This document shows, piece by piece, positions 1 through 12,727 of a DNA stretch of 64,000 bases (the stretch's first letter is position 1; every line of letters begins with the position of its first letter). The notes under the pieces were generated by a model. That model was not told the origin of the DNA and did no database searches. It was given only the letters and a program-made list of their open reading frames with translations. This DNA is from Octopus vulgaris (lineage: Eukaryota). The stretch is taken from contig OX597819.1 of the NCBI GenBank assembly GCA_951406725.2, forward strand, positions 38,874,001-38,938,000. Reading direction: 5' to 3'. Made by a program: the position numbers and the translations under genes.

Positions 1-27
1 TCATACTTTGGAGTCATATTTATCGTA

Positions 28-383
28 AGCACCATCCGAACGTGGCCGTTGCCAGCGCCGCCCTGACTGGCCTCGTGCAGGTGGCACATAAAAAGCACCA
101 TCCGTTTGTGGCCATTGCCAGCCTCGCCTGGCCCCCGTGCCAGTGGCACGTAAAAAGCACCATCCGATCGTGGCCATTTGCCAGCCTCGTCTGGCACCTG
201 TGCCGGTGGCATGTAAAAAGCACCCACTACATTCACGGAGTGGTTGGCATTAGGAAGGGCATCCAGCCATAGAAACATTGCCAGATCAGACTGGGCCTGG
301 TGCAGCCTTCTGGCTTCCCAGACCCCAGCTGAACCGTCCAACCCATGCTAGCATGGAAAGCAGATGCTAAACGATGATGATGA
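28..383 (+). mobile_element. Family C: RTE-type LINE 3' UTR/tail with ~60-bp internal tandem units
   Basis: About 3.5 units of CCAGCCTCGYCTGGCMCCYGTGCCRGTGGCAYGTAAAAAGCACC, then GGAGTGGTTGGCATTAGGAAGGGCATCCAGC...AACCCATGCTAGCATGGAAAG and a (GAT)n tail; many paralogues in the window. Confidence 0.8.
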
Positions 384-988
384 AATATACAAAATATCTG
401 ATAAAAGTCAAAATCATAAAAAAAGAAAAAAATAATAATAATTTAAATGAAATAAATATATCAATTAAATATTACTAAAATTATATAATAACAAATTATA
501 TATACCTCCCAATACAGGTAAATTTGAAAATAATAATAGAGAATAATTTAAAATTAAAACTATGTATAGTGTAATAACCAACCCCATTGGTACTAATCAC
601 CTATAAATACCCATAGTTCCCGGCATTCTTCTTCCTCAAATCACCATTTTAGTACCAGCAAAAAAAGGAAGATATATATTTGGATTTTTCTTGTTGTGTA
701 TCACATTTAAACACAGGCATTTTTATTCTGATGTTTAATCTTATATCTCACATTCTGTATTAGACATATACTTGATTTTACATGATTGATATATATACTA
801 ATTCATGTTTATAATGTATAATTTCTAACTTTTAATTCTTAGTATTAGAAAGTATAATTTTTATTCTTAATTTTTAATCAGTAATGCTTAATTGTATTGC
901 TTATTTTTAAAGGAATGTAAAATTAGATATATAATATTTTGAAATAGAACCTGAAGATGTGTTGGAATAATTGTAAATCTGACGATTG

Positions 989-1027
<39 letters not shown>

Positions 1028-1363
1028 CCCAGCCTCGTCTGGCACCTGTGTCGGTGGCACATAAAAACACCATCCGAGCGTGGCTGTCTGCCAGCCTCGT
1101 CTGGCACCTGTGTCGGTGGCACATAAAAACACCATCCGAGCGTGGCCGTTCGCCAGCCTCGTCTGGCACCTGTGTCAGTGGCACATAAAATCACCCACTA
1201 CACTCTCGGAGTGGTTGGCGTTAGGAAGGGCATCCAGCTGTAGAAACACTGCCAGATCTGACTGGCCTGGTGCAGCCTTCGGGCTCCCCAGACCCCAGTT
1301 GAACCGTCCAACCCATGCTAGCATGGAAAGCGGACGTTAAACGATGATGATGATGATGATGAT
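1028..1363 (+). mobile_element. Family C RTE-type 3' tail, 5'-truncated, next to (TA)n
   Basis: Near-identical to 28-383; about 3 tandem units; ends GGACGTTAAAC(GAT)n. Confidence 0.85.
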
Positions 1364-1861
1364 ATAGGTATACAGTTGTGTATATGTATATATATTGTAA
1401 TCTTTCAACACTGAAACACTTGTAGTTCCTTCTAATTTAATAAATATAAATAGTAACTAAACAAGAATATAATTAATGAAGTATATTATATACCCTGCTG
1501 GTAATTTTGGTTATATCCTTTAAATATTATTTCATGATGAGCAAACTGATACCATGAGTTTACTGTCAGATATACGCCTTAGGTTGTTTCTGTATTATCT
1601 GAAATAGAATTCCCACATATCGATTAATCCCCCAAAATTGAAATATATATAAATATACACATATATATATGTGTGTGTGTATATATATATATATATGTAT
1701 GTATTTTGATACTTTATGTATGTTTATAAGTATGCGTGTGTGTGTATTTGCTTCTCAGTCATGTGGCTTTGGGTTCAGTTTCACTGTACAGCACCCTGAT
1801 CAAGATGAAAATATCAAAAACAATTCTTCATCTGTAAAGGTGAGGTTATTAGTAAAACAAA

Positions 1862-2092
1862 GGTGGCGAGCTGGCAGACACGTTAGCGTGCCGGGTGAAA
1901 TGCTTAGCGGTATCTCGTCTGTCGTTACGTTCTGAGTTCAAATTCCGCCGAGGTCAACTTTCCCTTTCATCCTTTCGGGGTTGATAAATAAAGTACCAGT
2001 TTCGCACTGGGGGTGATATAATCGACTCAATCCTTTCGTCTGTCCTTGTTTGTCCCCTCTATGTTTAGCCCCTTCTGGGCAGTAAAGAAATA
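1862..2092 (+). mobile_element. Family A tRNA-derived SINE with Deu/Nin-like domain, full length
   Basis: B-box-like GAGTTCAAATTCC; central GAGGTCAACTTTCCCTTTCATCCTTTCGGGGTTGATAAA; perfect 15-bp TSD TATTAGTAAAACAAA at 1847-1861 and 2093-2107. Confidence 0.9.
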
Positions 2093-2917
2093 TATTAGTA
2101 AAACAAATTATAATTTTACCAATAACAACTCATCTCAAACATTTAGATATTAAATTATAACATCTAACAGAATGTTTGTACCAATAGAAGAAAGATATGG
2201 ATATTAATGTGAAGTCAGCTATTATTACATTGAAATAACACTACTACAGTAGCATCAGAGCAGACTTCAATGTATTTGACACGTCCAGGTTTTCAAATAA
2301 TACAATAATACACAAAAGTTGATATAATACCCATTGAAACTCCACACTCCTTTTACATGCTAAACAATCAACACCAACGCAAGTATTAATCACCAAGCCA
2401 ACTTCAACAATCCTTCCCCAAACATCAAAACAATGATTCTAGTTATCACAATTCATTTGAAAACAATCCCTCAAATTTTCCTAGAACCACCCACATAACA
2501 TCATTCTAGTACATTCACACATCAAAGGAAAACAAAAAGCAATTTTACAAATACTTAAAAAAAAACTCCAGTCAAACTAGTTCCATCAGAAGGCAATAAA
2601 GGCTTGTGGAATTTAATGAGAACAATATCATAATAATAATAAGAAGAATAAGAATAATAATAATTCAACCCATGCTTGCATGGGTTGAAGGGATTTTACT
2701 GAGACAAATTTTTTACAGCTGGATGCCCTTCTTATCAGCAACCCTTACCTGTTTCTAAGCAAGGGAATATTTCTCCATAGCCAGACTTGTTCTCACAGAA
2801 TACTGGGAATGAAGGACACTGCTTGTACAAGAGTGACTATCATTGTACTACTATTACATGATGTCAAGACAAGGACACATAAGCACACACACACATGCAT
2901 ATAGTATATCAGTGTTC

Positions 2918-3090
2918 TGCCCTTGGGAAGGTATTGAGCACCTGAGCTTCCTCCAACATTCTCTATATGATCTGGGAAGCACTTCACCCTCCTCTGTCAC
3001 TGTTAAGTAGATTATTGGAACTTCGGCTATCATGACTAGGTCTGGAATGAATACTTGAGCGGTTTCCCCATTGCCTTCTCCAGGCAGGTA
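2918..3090 (-). mobile_element. Decayed RTE-related SINE/LINE fragment (Bov-A-like motif)
   Basis: Minus strand GGAGAAGGCAATGGGGAAACCGCTCAAGTATTC (3049-3081); similar motif near 11046-11076. Confidence 0.45.
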
Positions 3091-3584
3091 GGATTTGAAC
3101 TCAGAATGTAGGGAGATGGAAGATATGCTATAAAGCATTTCTGCTGATGGGCCAACAATTCTGACACTCTCCCACCTGAAAAGTAATGGGAAATAAAGTG
3201 TTTTTCTGAAGAACACAACACACCGCACAATACAGGAATCAAATCCACAATCTAATGACTGTGAGTATGATACTCTGACCATTAGGCCATGCAACTTCAT
3301 ATATATAAATATATATATATATATAAATTAAATTAGAGATAAAACCACTATTAGGCAAATCAAACAGTGAAAAGCATAAAGAGAAACATAAAAATATATA
3401 TAATTAATATAATATACAAAATATATAAAATATAAAATTTAAAATTAAATTATGTAAATTTAAAATTTTTAATTTATATTTATAAATTTTTATATTTTTT
3501 AATATTTTTTTAAATTTTAGATTTATAAATTTTTAAACTTTTAATTTTTTAATATTTATATTTATTTATTTATTATCATTTTTT

Positions 3585-3820
3585 GAAAATAACTATCAAA
3601 AAGGTATATATGTGACCTCGTGTGTACCGTTGGCGATTTTTTTTTCCCTCTGTCTTCCCTTCTCTGGATCTTTCCTTCTCCTATGTTTCTGACGAAGAGC
3701 TCTGCTCGAAACGTTAAACCTTCCTTCTTTCCTTCTTTCCTGAGCATCCAATAATACTATATTTGTTCCACGTCCTCACGTTGTTGTGTTTTTTTGTGCT
3801 TTCTTGTTTGGATTAACTTT
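3585..3820 (+). mobile_element. Penelope-like element terminal repeat fragment
   Basis: Pyrimidine-rich segment with a minimal hammerhead core followed by CCTGAGC...AATA and a T-rich end abutting (TA)n; related fragment at 36498-36700 on the minus strand. Confidence 0.6.
3685..3719 (+). ncRNA. Minimal type I hammerhead ribozyme motif
   Basis: GTTT-CTGACGA-A-GAGC-TCT-GCTC-GAAA-CG-TT-AAAC: stem I GTTT/AAAC, stem II GAGC/GCTC, palindromic loop-less stem III (AACGTT). Confidence 0.65.
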
Positions 3821-4585
3821 ATATATATATATATAAATATATACATACATATAAATATATATTATGCGAATAAAGCTCCTATTTTATTATGCTGGCCACA
3901 GTCTAACGATGCTGAGTGGTGAACCAGTTTTTTGAAGTTGCAATGAGCTCTACCAATATAATGAATGATAAATATAGTAATAATAAAAATAATCCTTGGA
4001 TGGAATTTATAAACATTTAATGCATCACTTCGCACAACTATACCTTAATGGAGAAAACTGCTTATTAATTAGGTATGTAACAATTACTAAAAGTACTAAA
4101 AGAAAGCAATTATTAAAGGGTTGTCCGTCTGGAAATATTTTTATAAATTCATGATCTAAGAAATTTCTTATAATTTCGATTTCTCAAGCTTATTGAATTT
4201 TTTAAACTCCAATTTCTCACAAATTTAAGTATTCATTGCATTCACTGCAGCGTATTCCATTTTCATTTGCAAAGTCTCTCACTTTCTTTTAAGTTTTAAT
4301 TTGCTATCAATGTATACATATTATTTATTATTTATTGAATGAAAATTTTTTTAAAATAACTGTATAATTTTTGGATACAAGATAGCTGTGAGAACAACCT
4401 AGAAAGTTGGGTAATTATTATTAGCAGACGAGGAGAAAAAACACAAAAAGTTACTGATACGTACTTGAAACTTGCACCTTATTCACAGTTTCCAAACACA
4501 ACTTCAACAGTGACAAACACACACACCAATACACACTCGCGCATACACATATGTATGCATACATACAAATGAAAGGCAATGAATG

Positions 4586-5259
4586 TGTATGAATCTAGCT
4601 TGACCCTGCATGAGATTTGAAACCAAATCCACCTGCTTGTTGCTTGACAAAATGAGAAGGAAATCCTCTCCACAACAGATGTTTGATGAGGAAACAGTCG
4701 ATGCCCTGCTGGTCAAGGAAAGGTCAGTCCTTTGTTTAGAGTTTGACTTACATTACTGACAATAGTCTATATAACAGAGAATTTTCTATCTCTTCCTCTT
4801 ATGTGTCAGCTATGACCAAGGAGCAACACCGGCTCTTTTGCATCAGTCAGACCAAGGAGCAACATGCTCTTTTGTGTCAGCCATGACCAAAATCAGCACT
4901 TTCCTTGGCAGTAAGAAAGACGATGCCACCTCTATACTTTCTTCCTTTCTAGTCAGTACTGTGCATTCCTTACTCTTTCATTTACTACTGACAGACAACC
5001 TTTTTCTATGCTATCAACTACTAACCAGCGAGCCATCCTTGTTGTTACTATCACTAGAATTGCTACTATCTCCTTAACTACCTGTTGGGCAAACGAATAA
5101 ACATATGTAAATAATATTTCTTCCTTCTTTGGTGTTGATTCTTCGATATTTACTGGTACTCCAATGCAAGAACCTTGAAGCGTTACATCTAAACGCTACA
5201 TTCAGTTGTAGGCTACATCATATCGACCTGATATGGCACATCACATCCAGCCTGCTACA
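4586..5259 (+). mobile_element. Solo LTR (Gypsy-like by 4-bp TSD)
   Basis: Termini TGTA...TACA; AATG duplicated at 4582-4585 and 5260-5263; TATATAA near 4768; AATAAA near 5096; short internal direct repeats at 4812-4890. Confidence 0.7.
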
Positions 5260-6170
5260 AATGTGTGTGTGTGTGTGCTCGCGTGCATGTGCATGTGTGT
5301 GTGCTGTTCACTGACAAAACTTCGTGCTGCATCGCTTTTGTGAAGCCATAGAAAATTTGCTTCAATAAGCTTCATCCAACCCATGCAAGCATGGAAAAAT
5401 GAATGTTAAAATGATGATGATGATGATGATGATGGTGGTGATGATAAGATTTTAGAAGGGAAACTACACAAGCAAATATTTCAATATTTAACTAATATGT
5501 TTATGCTTCATATTTGTTCAGAAAACATCAACTACATCATTTTCACCAAATCTTAGGGAGTCAGTCAGTGAAGGTTTGGGTACAGCCCTATCTTATCATC
5601 CAGACCAAACAATAAAAATTCTTTATTTTTATTTCCTTTTTTTTAAAAAAAACAAAACAAAAAAAAATGTTATGTTCAGATGGAATTACAGAGAATTATT
5701 TTAGAATTTCTTATTCATTTACTTAAACACTGCATCCCAGAATAGAATTTTCAGGAGGCAGAGATCCAATAATGTGTGTTATTCTATGAGAAGAGCACAA
5801 CAGCAAGCTTAACAAAAATGTCTTATTTTATTTAAAACCTTGGCACACAGTAAATGTTTGTAAACAGCTGTAGCTAAATATGGAAGCCTATATTGGAGTT
5901 ATTTGATTAAACTCTACAAGATATGATAAGTATGGTGGTCAGAGAAAATAATAATTAATCATAGAGAAGCTTTCAGTCAGATATTTAGAAAAAACAATAT
6001 TTTATGGTGGTGGTGGTGGTGGGGGGGGTCAGTTATGATATAAATTGATGCATAACTATTTAAATAGTTAATGTTGTTGTTGATATTGTTGCTTAGTTTT
6101 AAGTCAGTCAAGATCAGCCTATTATTATTTTGTCCTAACTGAACTGCCCAATGTTTCTTCTTTTTCTTAA

Positions 6171-6737
6171 CCCTTTAATATCATTCAATCTGGCCATATC
6201 CGGCCCAGATATTCTATCTGTTTTATGCTAAAATTGACCATATCCAACCTCTCACACCTACCCTACAATGTCATTCTAAAAATATACAAACACATCACCG
6301 AAATTTTTAAGCTGCAAGATAATGTGAGATTAATTCAAAACAATGTGAATAAATAAGCATTACATTTGGCACTGAAGGCACTTGGCTCAGTGGTTAGAGC
6401 ATCGAACTCACAATCATGAGGTAGTGAATTTGATCCCTGGCTAGGGTGTGTGCTGTGTTCTTGAGCAAGACATTTTATTTCATGTTGCTCCAGTTCACTT
6501 AGCTATAGAAATAAGTTGTAATGTCACTGGTGCTAAACTGTATCAGTGTTTGCCTTTCCCTTGGGTAACATCAGTGTATGGAAAAGGGAGGCTGGTATGC
6601 ATAAGCGACTGCTGGTCTTCCATAAGCAACCTTGCCCAGACATGTGAGAACTTTCTAGGTGCAATTCCAAGGTCATTCATGACCACAGGGGATCTTTACT
6701 CTTTTACATTTGACAAAGAGACTTGAATGCTAAAGGG
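6171..6737. mobile_element. piggyBac-like MITE interrupted by a SINE
   Basis: TTAA|CCCTTTA ... TAAAGGG|GTAA ends; uninterrupted paralogue at about 20370-20553. Confidence 0.6.
6369..6703 (+). mobile_element. Family D tRNA-derived SINE (CORE/Meta-like TTGAGCAAGACA motif)
   Basis: A box TGGCTCAGTGG; paralogue at 43934-44265; TSD TTACATTTG at 6360-6368 and 6704-6712. Confidence 0.85.
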
Positions 6738-7774
6738 GTAAGATGAAGGAATTCAATTTAAGGGAGATGTGACTGCTATTTTTTGCATCAAAGGTATCGT
6801 GTTGTATCCTTATTAAACAAAATAACACAGTAAAACCTAAATAGAACGATTGGGGAAAATTACCCAGGGACCTGTACTGCAAGAAAACTTAATAGTAAAA
6901 TGAGCACTAGTTTATGTAACAAGTAAGCCATGTAATTTTGATTAAACTTAAATTCTTAGTGATGTGAACAATGATTTAGTGATGAGAATAATAGAACAAC
7001 TTAATAAAGTGGATACTCTTCATAAGACAATAACTATACTTGATGACAAATAGTTGCTATGGTAATTGTTGTTAGTATTACAACTTAGCTGCAGATCTGG
7101 CCTATGATCACAGGCATTGTAGCTGTGACCAACCTACCTCTTTATATATTAAAGTCCATGTTGCCTTATCTGTCCTTTCTTTTGCTTTTACAAAACAAAA
7201 AAAAAGTGTACTCAAAAGAAGTTGGCAGCTGTTTTTTGTAGAGCAAGTACCTTTTTTGGCTCATGTGGTACAGACTGTACATAGGTTTTATATTCTGCTG
7301 TTGTTGTAGTTGTTGTTGATTAGCTCTACATCAGTTCTGATGAAGCATACTTATGTTTAATGTCATTCCAGTTATAACTTACCAATCTTTTACTTGGGCA
7401 TAGCTTATCTGGGACTACATTATTCAGTGTCTCCTTTCTTTTATTGAGCTTGATTGGAAGAAGCAAACTGGCAAAGTTGTTCAAGTATAGGATAGTTGTT
7501 AAAGTATCAGACACTGTGCTTGAAGTTCAAAACCCATGAAGGTCAACTTTGTCATTAACCCTTTCAGGATCAATGAAAAAAGCAATAGGGATTAATTCTT
7601 CTTTTTACCCTTTCAGAATGGGCAAAAATCAACAAGTTAGGGTTTGTAAAACCCTTCAACAGGAATGGGAAACCACTTTTGTAATCTGCATGAAAATGCT
7701 ATTAGAGCTGCAATGTGCTAATCAAAGAAGTTAAAAGGGGTCATCTGTCAACCAGACGGTTCAAGAAATGAAGA

Positions 7775-8340
7775 GTTAATGTGAGGGATATTTGGCTGCT
7801 ATTTGTAGTAGGTCATCTGAACAGATAAAGGATCCCTCACCATGTGATCATTAACTCTGGAAGTGAATAACAGCTACATACACAAAGTATGTATATAGCT
7901 TACCTTCTGTTACAAATACCTCTATAGTTTACTGGGCAGTGCAAGAAACAAAGGGTTAATTCAAGGGATATTTGGCTGCTATTCCTAGCAGGTCAGTTGA
8001 ACAGATAGATGATCCCCCACCAGGTGATCAATAACTTTGAAAGGGAAGGCAACGAGCTGGCAGAAACATTAGCTTGCCGGGAGAAATGCTTAGCAGCATT
8101 TCGTCTGCCTTTATGTTCTAAGTTCAAATTCCACCGAAGTTGACTTCTGGGGTCGATAAATTAAGTACCAGTTGCGTACTGGGGTCGATTTAATCAACTG
8201 GCCCCATCCCCAAAAGTTTCAGGCCTTGTGCCTAGAGTAGAAAAGAATAACTCTGGATGGGATTGTAAACTATATACATACAGTGCAGAATGTAATAGCT
8301 TATTTTTAGTTGCAGATACCAATATTGTCTACTGCTGTTG
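7775..8340. repeat. Local ~180-bp tandem duplication; second unit split by a SINE
   Basis: 7775-7954 resembles 7955-8045 joined to 8246-8340 (GGGATATTTGGCTGCTATT...GTGATCA.TAACT.TG...ATAGCTTA). Confidence 0.65.
8046..8245 (+). mobile_element. Family A SINE, alternative 3' end (GGCCTTGTGCCTAGAGTAGAAAAG)
   Basis: GAGCTGGCAGAAAC head; degenerate TSD AATAACT.TG.A.GGGA. Confidence 0.85.
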
Positions 8341-11300
8341 CTGTTGTCTGTATAGAAAATATATGAAGAAATGTCAATGAACAATATTTTGAGTTGCTAT
8401 GAACATGTTCTTCAAACAACAAACAAATAAAGTATACATGTATGAGAAAACATGAAATTAGTCTTTATTTCTTTCTTTATTTTATATATTTTGTTGTCAA
8501 GACCAAATATCATTTTAAATATTGCAAAATAAATGGGTGATAATACCTCTTCCCTTAATGGAGCCATAACTGCTGTTGTTAATTCTTTCAAGTGGAAAGG
8601 AACTGTCAAAGAAACATTATCTGATTGTGCTTCAATATTTCTTTTTTTTTTTAATTATTTTGGAAATTTATTTGCTTTTTTTTTTGCTTTTTCTAAGACC
8701 ATTTTAACCTGATACTTTCAATTAATTGTGAGAGAGAAAAAAATGTTTTTCAAGATTTTATAGCTTAACATTTCTTGTTTGTTTCTTTTTCTGTCCTTTT
8801 TTCCCCCCCTTTTTTTTTCTTTTACATCTTCTGCAATATAAATAACACACTGTAGTGTGTTTTATTACACACTTGAAATGAAGCTAAACAATAGCAAATA
8901 TATAAATGTTAAAAACTGTCATTCTTCAGTAACAACAACAAAACAGCAGTGGTAACAACAACAACAAAACAGCAGTGGTAACAACAACAACATCAAGTGG
9001 TATAATATATAATACAAAATATCTGGTCAAGATAGCATTGAAAAATTTCGAAAAACATTGCAGCAAAATCAGAAATTATGTAGATTTTTGTCAAATTTAA
9101 AACATTTGTAATTTCAAAGTTTTGTTTGCTGTTTTGTTGGGTTTTTGTTTTTAAGAGTAGTTTATTAAATATTTTGTTGTTATTTCTATTGTTGCTGTTG
9201 TTGTTCTGATTCCCATTTGAAGAACAGCTTTGAAAAATTCCAACAGTCTGTTGGAATTTGGTTGTCTGTCTGTGAGAGAGGCAACATCTTTTGTCTTCTC
9301 TTCCACATTGTAATCACTGCTATCACAGAGTAATAACATTAAAATAACATATTCTCATCTGAACTCAAAAGAAGCAAGGTGGGTGTATAGCCAGTATTAT
9401 GCGATTTCTATTATTATTATTATTATCATCATCACCATCATCATCATCATCATTAGTGCTATTGTTGCTGTTGTTGTTGTTGTTGATGTAAAAAAAACAA
9501 AGAAACAAAGCCTGGTTTTTAAAGAGCAATGTCAACTTTGGCATTGCAGTGGCACTATGTCTGAATTAGACAATAAAAATGAAAAGATAAGTGAATCAAC
9601 CTGACTGCGTTTGAATGATTAAGCAATGAAATTCTGTTGTTATAAATATTTTCAATGGTCCTGTTTTTCTTTATCATTGGTTCAGCCAGTTATTATTGTT
9701 ACTTTAAAGAGAGCAGCATTAAGTATGGTCCATTGGCACGATAAATCTTGTTAACTGTCAGAAAAGAGCAAAAGTTGCACGTATTCAAATGACATCCCTT
9801 ATCTGGAGATAACTCCTCCTTTTCCAGCATCCAGACATCTGGGAGGTCTTCCTTTGAGTCTGATCAATTAATACAGAGTTAAAACCAACAAAGAGGTTAA
9901 TGTCTGTGCATGCATGTGTCTGTGTGTGTATATGTGTTTGTGTGTTTGTGCACATGCATGTACATTCATGCGTGTGTCTATGTTCATGTTTACCAGTATA
10001 AGCTGATATGTTGAGTTACATCCCTTTATGTTTACAATTGACAGATAGATTGGATAAAGTAAGTACTAGACTGAAATAGATATTAGGGTTGACATGATTG
10101 GCTAGAACCCTTGAAGATGGTGGCGCCATTAGTAAAAGAATACACTATGACATTATTACCACTTGATTCTCGAATACTTGTATGCTATTCTTCTTCTTCT
10201 TCGTCGTCATCGTTGTTGTCTAACATCTATTTTCAATGCTGGCATAAGTTGGACTTTTTGACAGGAGCTGGCCATCCAGAGAGCTGTCCAGACTCCAATT
10301 GTGTGTTTTGGTATGGTTTCTGGATTCCTATCTTAATGCTAAGGATGCCCTTCCTGATGCCAAATATATTAAAACAACTTCCAGATTTACCCTATTATAG
10401 TATTCAAGACCCTTTGTTTCAATAATCAACATAAGTAACTATAGCTGTCATCTGGAAATGATGATGGCTTGGTAACATATACATATCTTAGCTAATTGTT
10501 TTATGTGCTTGAGTAGTCAAGAGCAGACACAGCTTCCTCTTAGCTCTGTCTGCTACAGCTGCAGGAAGTGAAAGATACACCAGTACTTGACTGGTGTTCA
10601 TTTCAGCTAAGGAGTGCCTTTCTCAATGACACAATGCACCACTTAGTCCAGGAATCAAACAAATGGTCTTATGATCATAAGGCCAATACCTCAACCAGAT
10701 GGCCACGTGCCTAATCATAGCACATTGTTCGTTATTATTTTGAGTAAATAATTTAAACTTTGGAATAACTATTTTTTTCGCTTTCATACGGTGCAATTTA
10801 GAATACATTTAATGTGCTTGATAGATTATTGATTACGCATTGGTTTAAATTTAGCTGCAGTCACTGAACTGTGTTACTCAAAGTAACGTGTATGACTCTT
10901 GTTATTTTAACATAAATGAATAATAAACTCCACCACACTTCATAGGGCCCCCTCCTCTCTCTCTCTCCCTATCCCATGTCTGTAGGCATCAATGATCATG
11001 TTCTTCAAAGCCAAAGTCTGAAACTTTATGACTTTTCTTGGAAAAGATACAGCAGTGGTTTCCCATTACCTTCTGCCAACTTAGTTACTGTTTACTCTCC
11101 CTGTCTCCTGCTCTCCCAAGCTCAGTCTTGAGAAGTAGGGCCACTTAACCCTGAGATAGAGGGACCAGTTCACATGACATTAGGGCATGTCCATACACTG
11201 TTCAGCATATGTGATATATGTGTAGGGGCTAGCTCTCCTTTGAGTCCCCTATACCTTAACTACAATCCTGTTTACTATCTGACCTGTAACAAGGGTATTT

Positions 11301-11959
11301 GACCTTAAATCAGACCAGATCTGGGAATAATGGTGACTAAGGAGTAACTCCACACCCCATCCCAAAACACCTGAGCTTTCAAGCTGGTGTTTCAATACTG
11401 GATGGAGTTTAATATCTCATCCTGAACGTTCATGGGTTAAGAGCTGGAATCCGAGAAAACTGATGAAGATTCTGTGTCATTAAAGATTAATCCAAGTTGT
11501 AGGACACAGTTATGCACCTTGGTAACTGAAATGTTGTATAGTGGTAAAGGAGGTGATAAGCTATGTAATGTTCTCTGAAATGTGTTCTTTTTAGCTTCAA
11601 AATGACAAATGAAGAATATTGTATACTCCCAAGCACTAAATTAAGCACAAGAAAAAGGTAACTGATTAGAAAAATAATTAGCTTAGAATAATTATTTAAA
11701 TTAGTGCAGTAGTTTGAAATATAAAAAGTATGTTTTCCATGAAAAAAAAAAGCATGTTTACAAAAATATAAGAGAGTAATTTTATTTTTGGTTCTATATT
11801 TTCTTTAATTTTTTGCTCCTTTTTATTTTTTTAAACTAAGCTTGTACAATTTTTTTAGTGGCTTAGCTATACTAATTCAATATTCTTGGATGAACTAAAG
11901 ATTGTCAGATTCTTTTTAAAGCAAATTATTCCAACTACAATGAATTCACGTGATAGTAT

Positions 11960-12092
11960 TTGAGGTATTGCTGAGTGAACTGGAGCAACATGAAATGAAG
12001 TGTTTTGCTCAAGAACACAACACATTGCCTGGTCCAGGAACTGAAACAACAATCACGAGTCCAACGCTCCAGCCACTAAGTCATGCACCTCC
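11960..12092 (-). mobile_element. Family D SINE 5' fragment
   Basis: Reverse complement of tRNA-like head plus TGTGTTCTTGAGCAA...TTTCATGTTGCTCCAGTTCACTCAGC. Confidence 0.7.
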
Positions 12093-12139
12093 GTCAGATT
12101 TTCAGGTGCTGGTGCAGTAATGTGCCAGTTCCAGCATTT

Positions 12140-12641
12140 GTTCTTCAGAAGCCAAACTTGCTATCTTCAATTACCCAAAATATTCCATGCCTATCTTCAC
12201 CTATGGTTATGAATGTTGGGTAATGACTGAAAGAGTACAAACACAAATACAAGCAGCCAAAATAGGGTTCCGCTGAAGGATCCCTGGAGTAACGTTACTT
12301 GATAAGGTATGTAGCACAGATCTCAGAGAGTCTCTCCTGATGGAACTGCTACTTCTCTATATTGAGAGATCTCAGCTCCGGCAATACAGACATGTGATTA
12401 GAATGTTGCAGGAAAGAATTACAAGAGGGATTCTTCAAGCTGAGCTGAGCAGTATGAGACATAGAAGTAGATTAAAAACAAGATGATTGAATAATATCTG
12501 TAGTTTCAGTTCGTCATGTTTGAGAATCCAACTAGAAAGTCTAATGACAGTTGCTTCTGTTAGAACCCTATGGAGGAGGTGCCTGAGGACTCTACCCCCA
12601 TAACCCTCCCAGGAATAAAGGGTAGAAAAGATGGATGGATA
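12140..12641 (+). pseudogene. RTE-clade (Rex3/Expander-like) LINE 3' fragment, disrupted ORF
   Basis: Translates to PIFTYGYECWVMTERVQTQIQAAKIGFR*RIPGVTLLDKVCSTDLRESL..LLLLYIERSQLR..HVIRM; ends in a (GATG)n tail. Confidence 0.85.
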
Positions 12642-12693
12642 TATATTTAGAACCTGGTTATTCCTGTACCAGTATGGAATGGTGGATGTAAAA

Positions 12694-12727
<34 letters not shown>

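Noticed and set aside
28-220. Regularly spaced ~60-bp repeats resembling a CRISPR array
   Set aside because: No unique spacers; the units belong to a LINE 3' UTR in a eukaryotic context with no cas genes.
690-790. Possible Penelope GIY-YIG remnant (minus strand CLIQNVRYK...KYIS)
   Set aside because: Too short and degenerate to support without a profile search.
11460-11500. CTGATGA hammerhead box
   Set aside because: No GAAA box or stems in the proper register.
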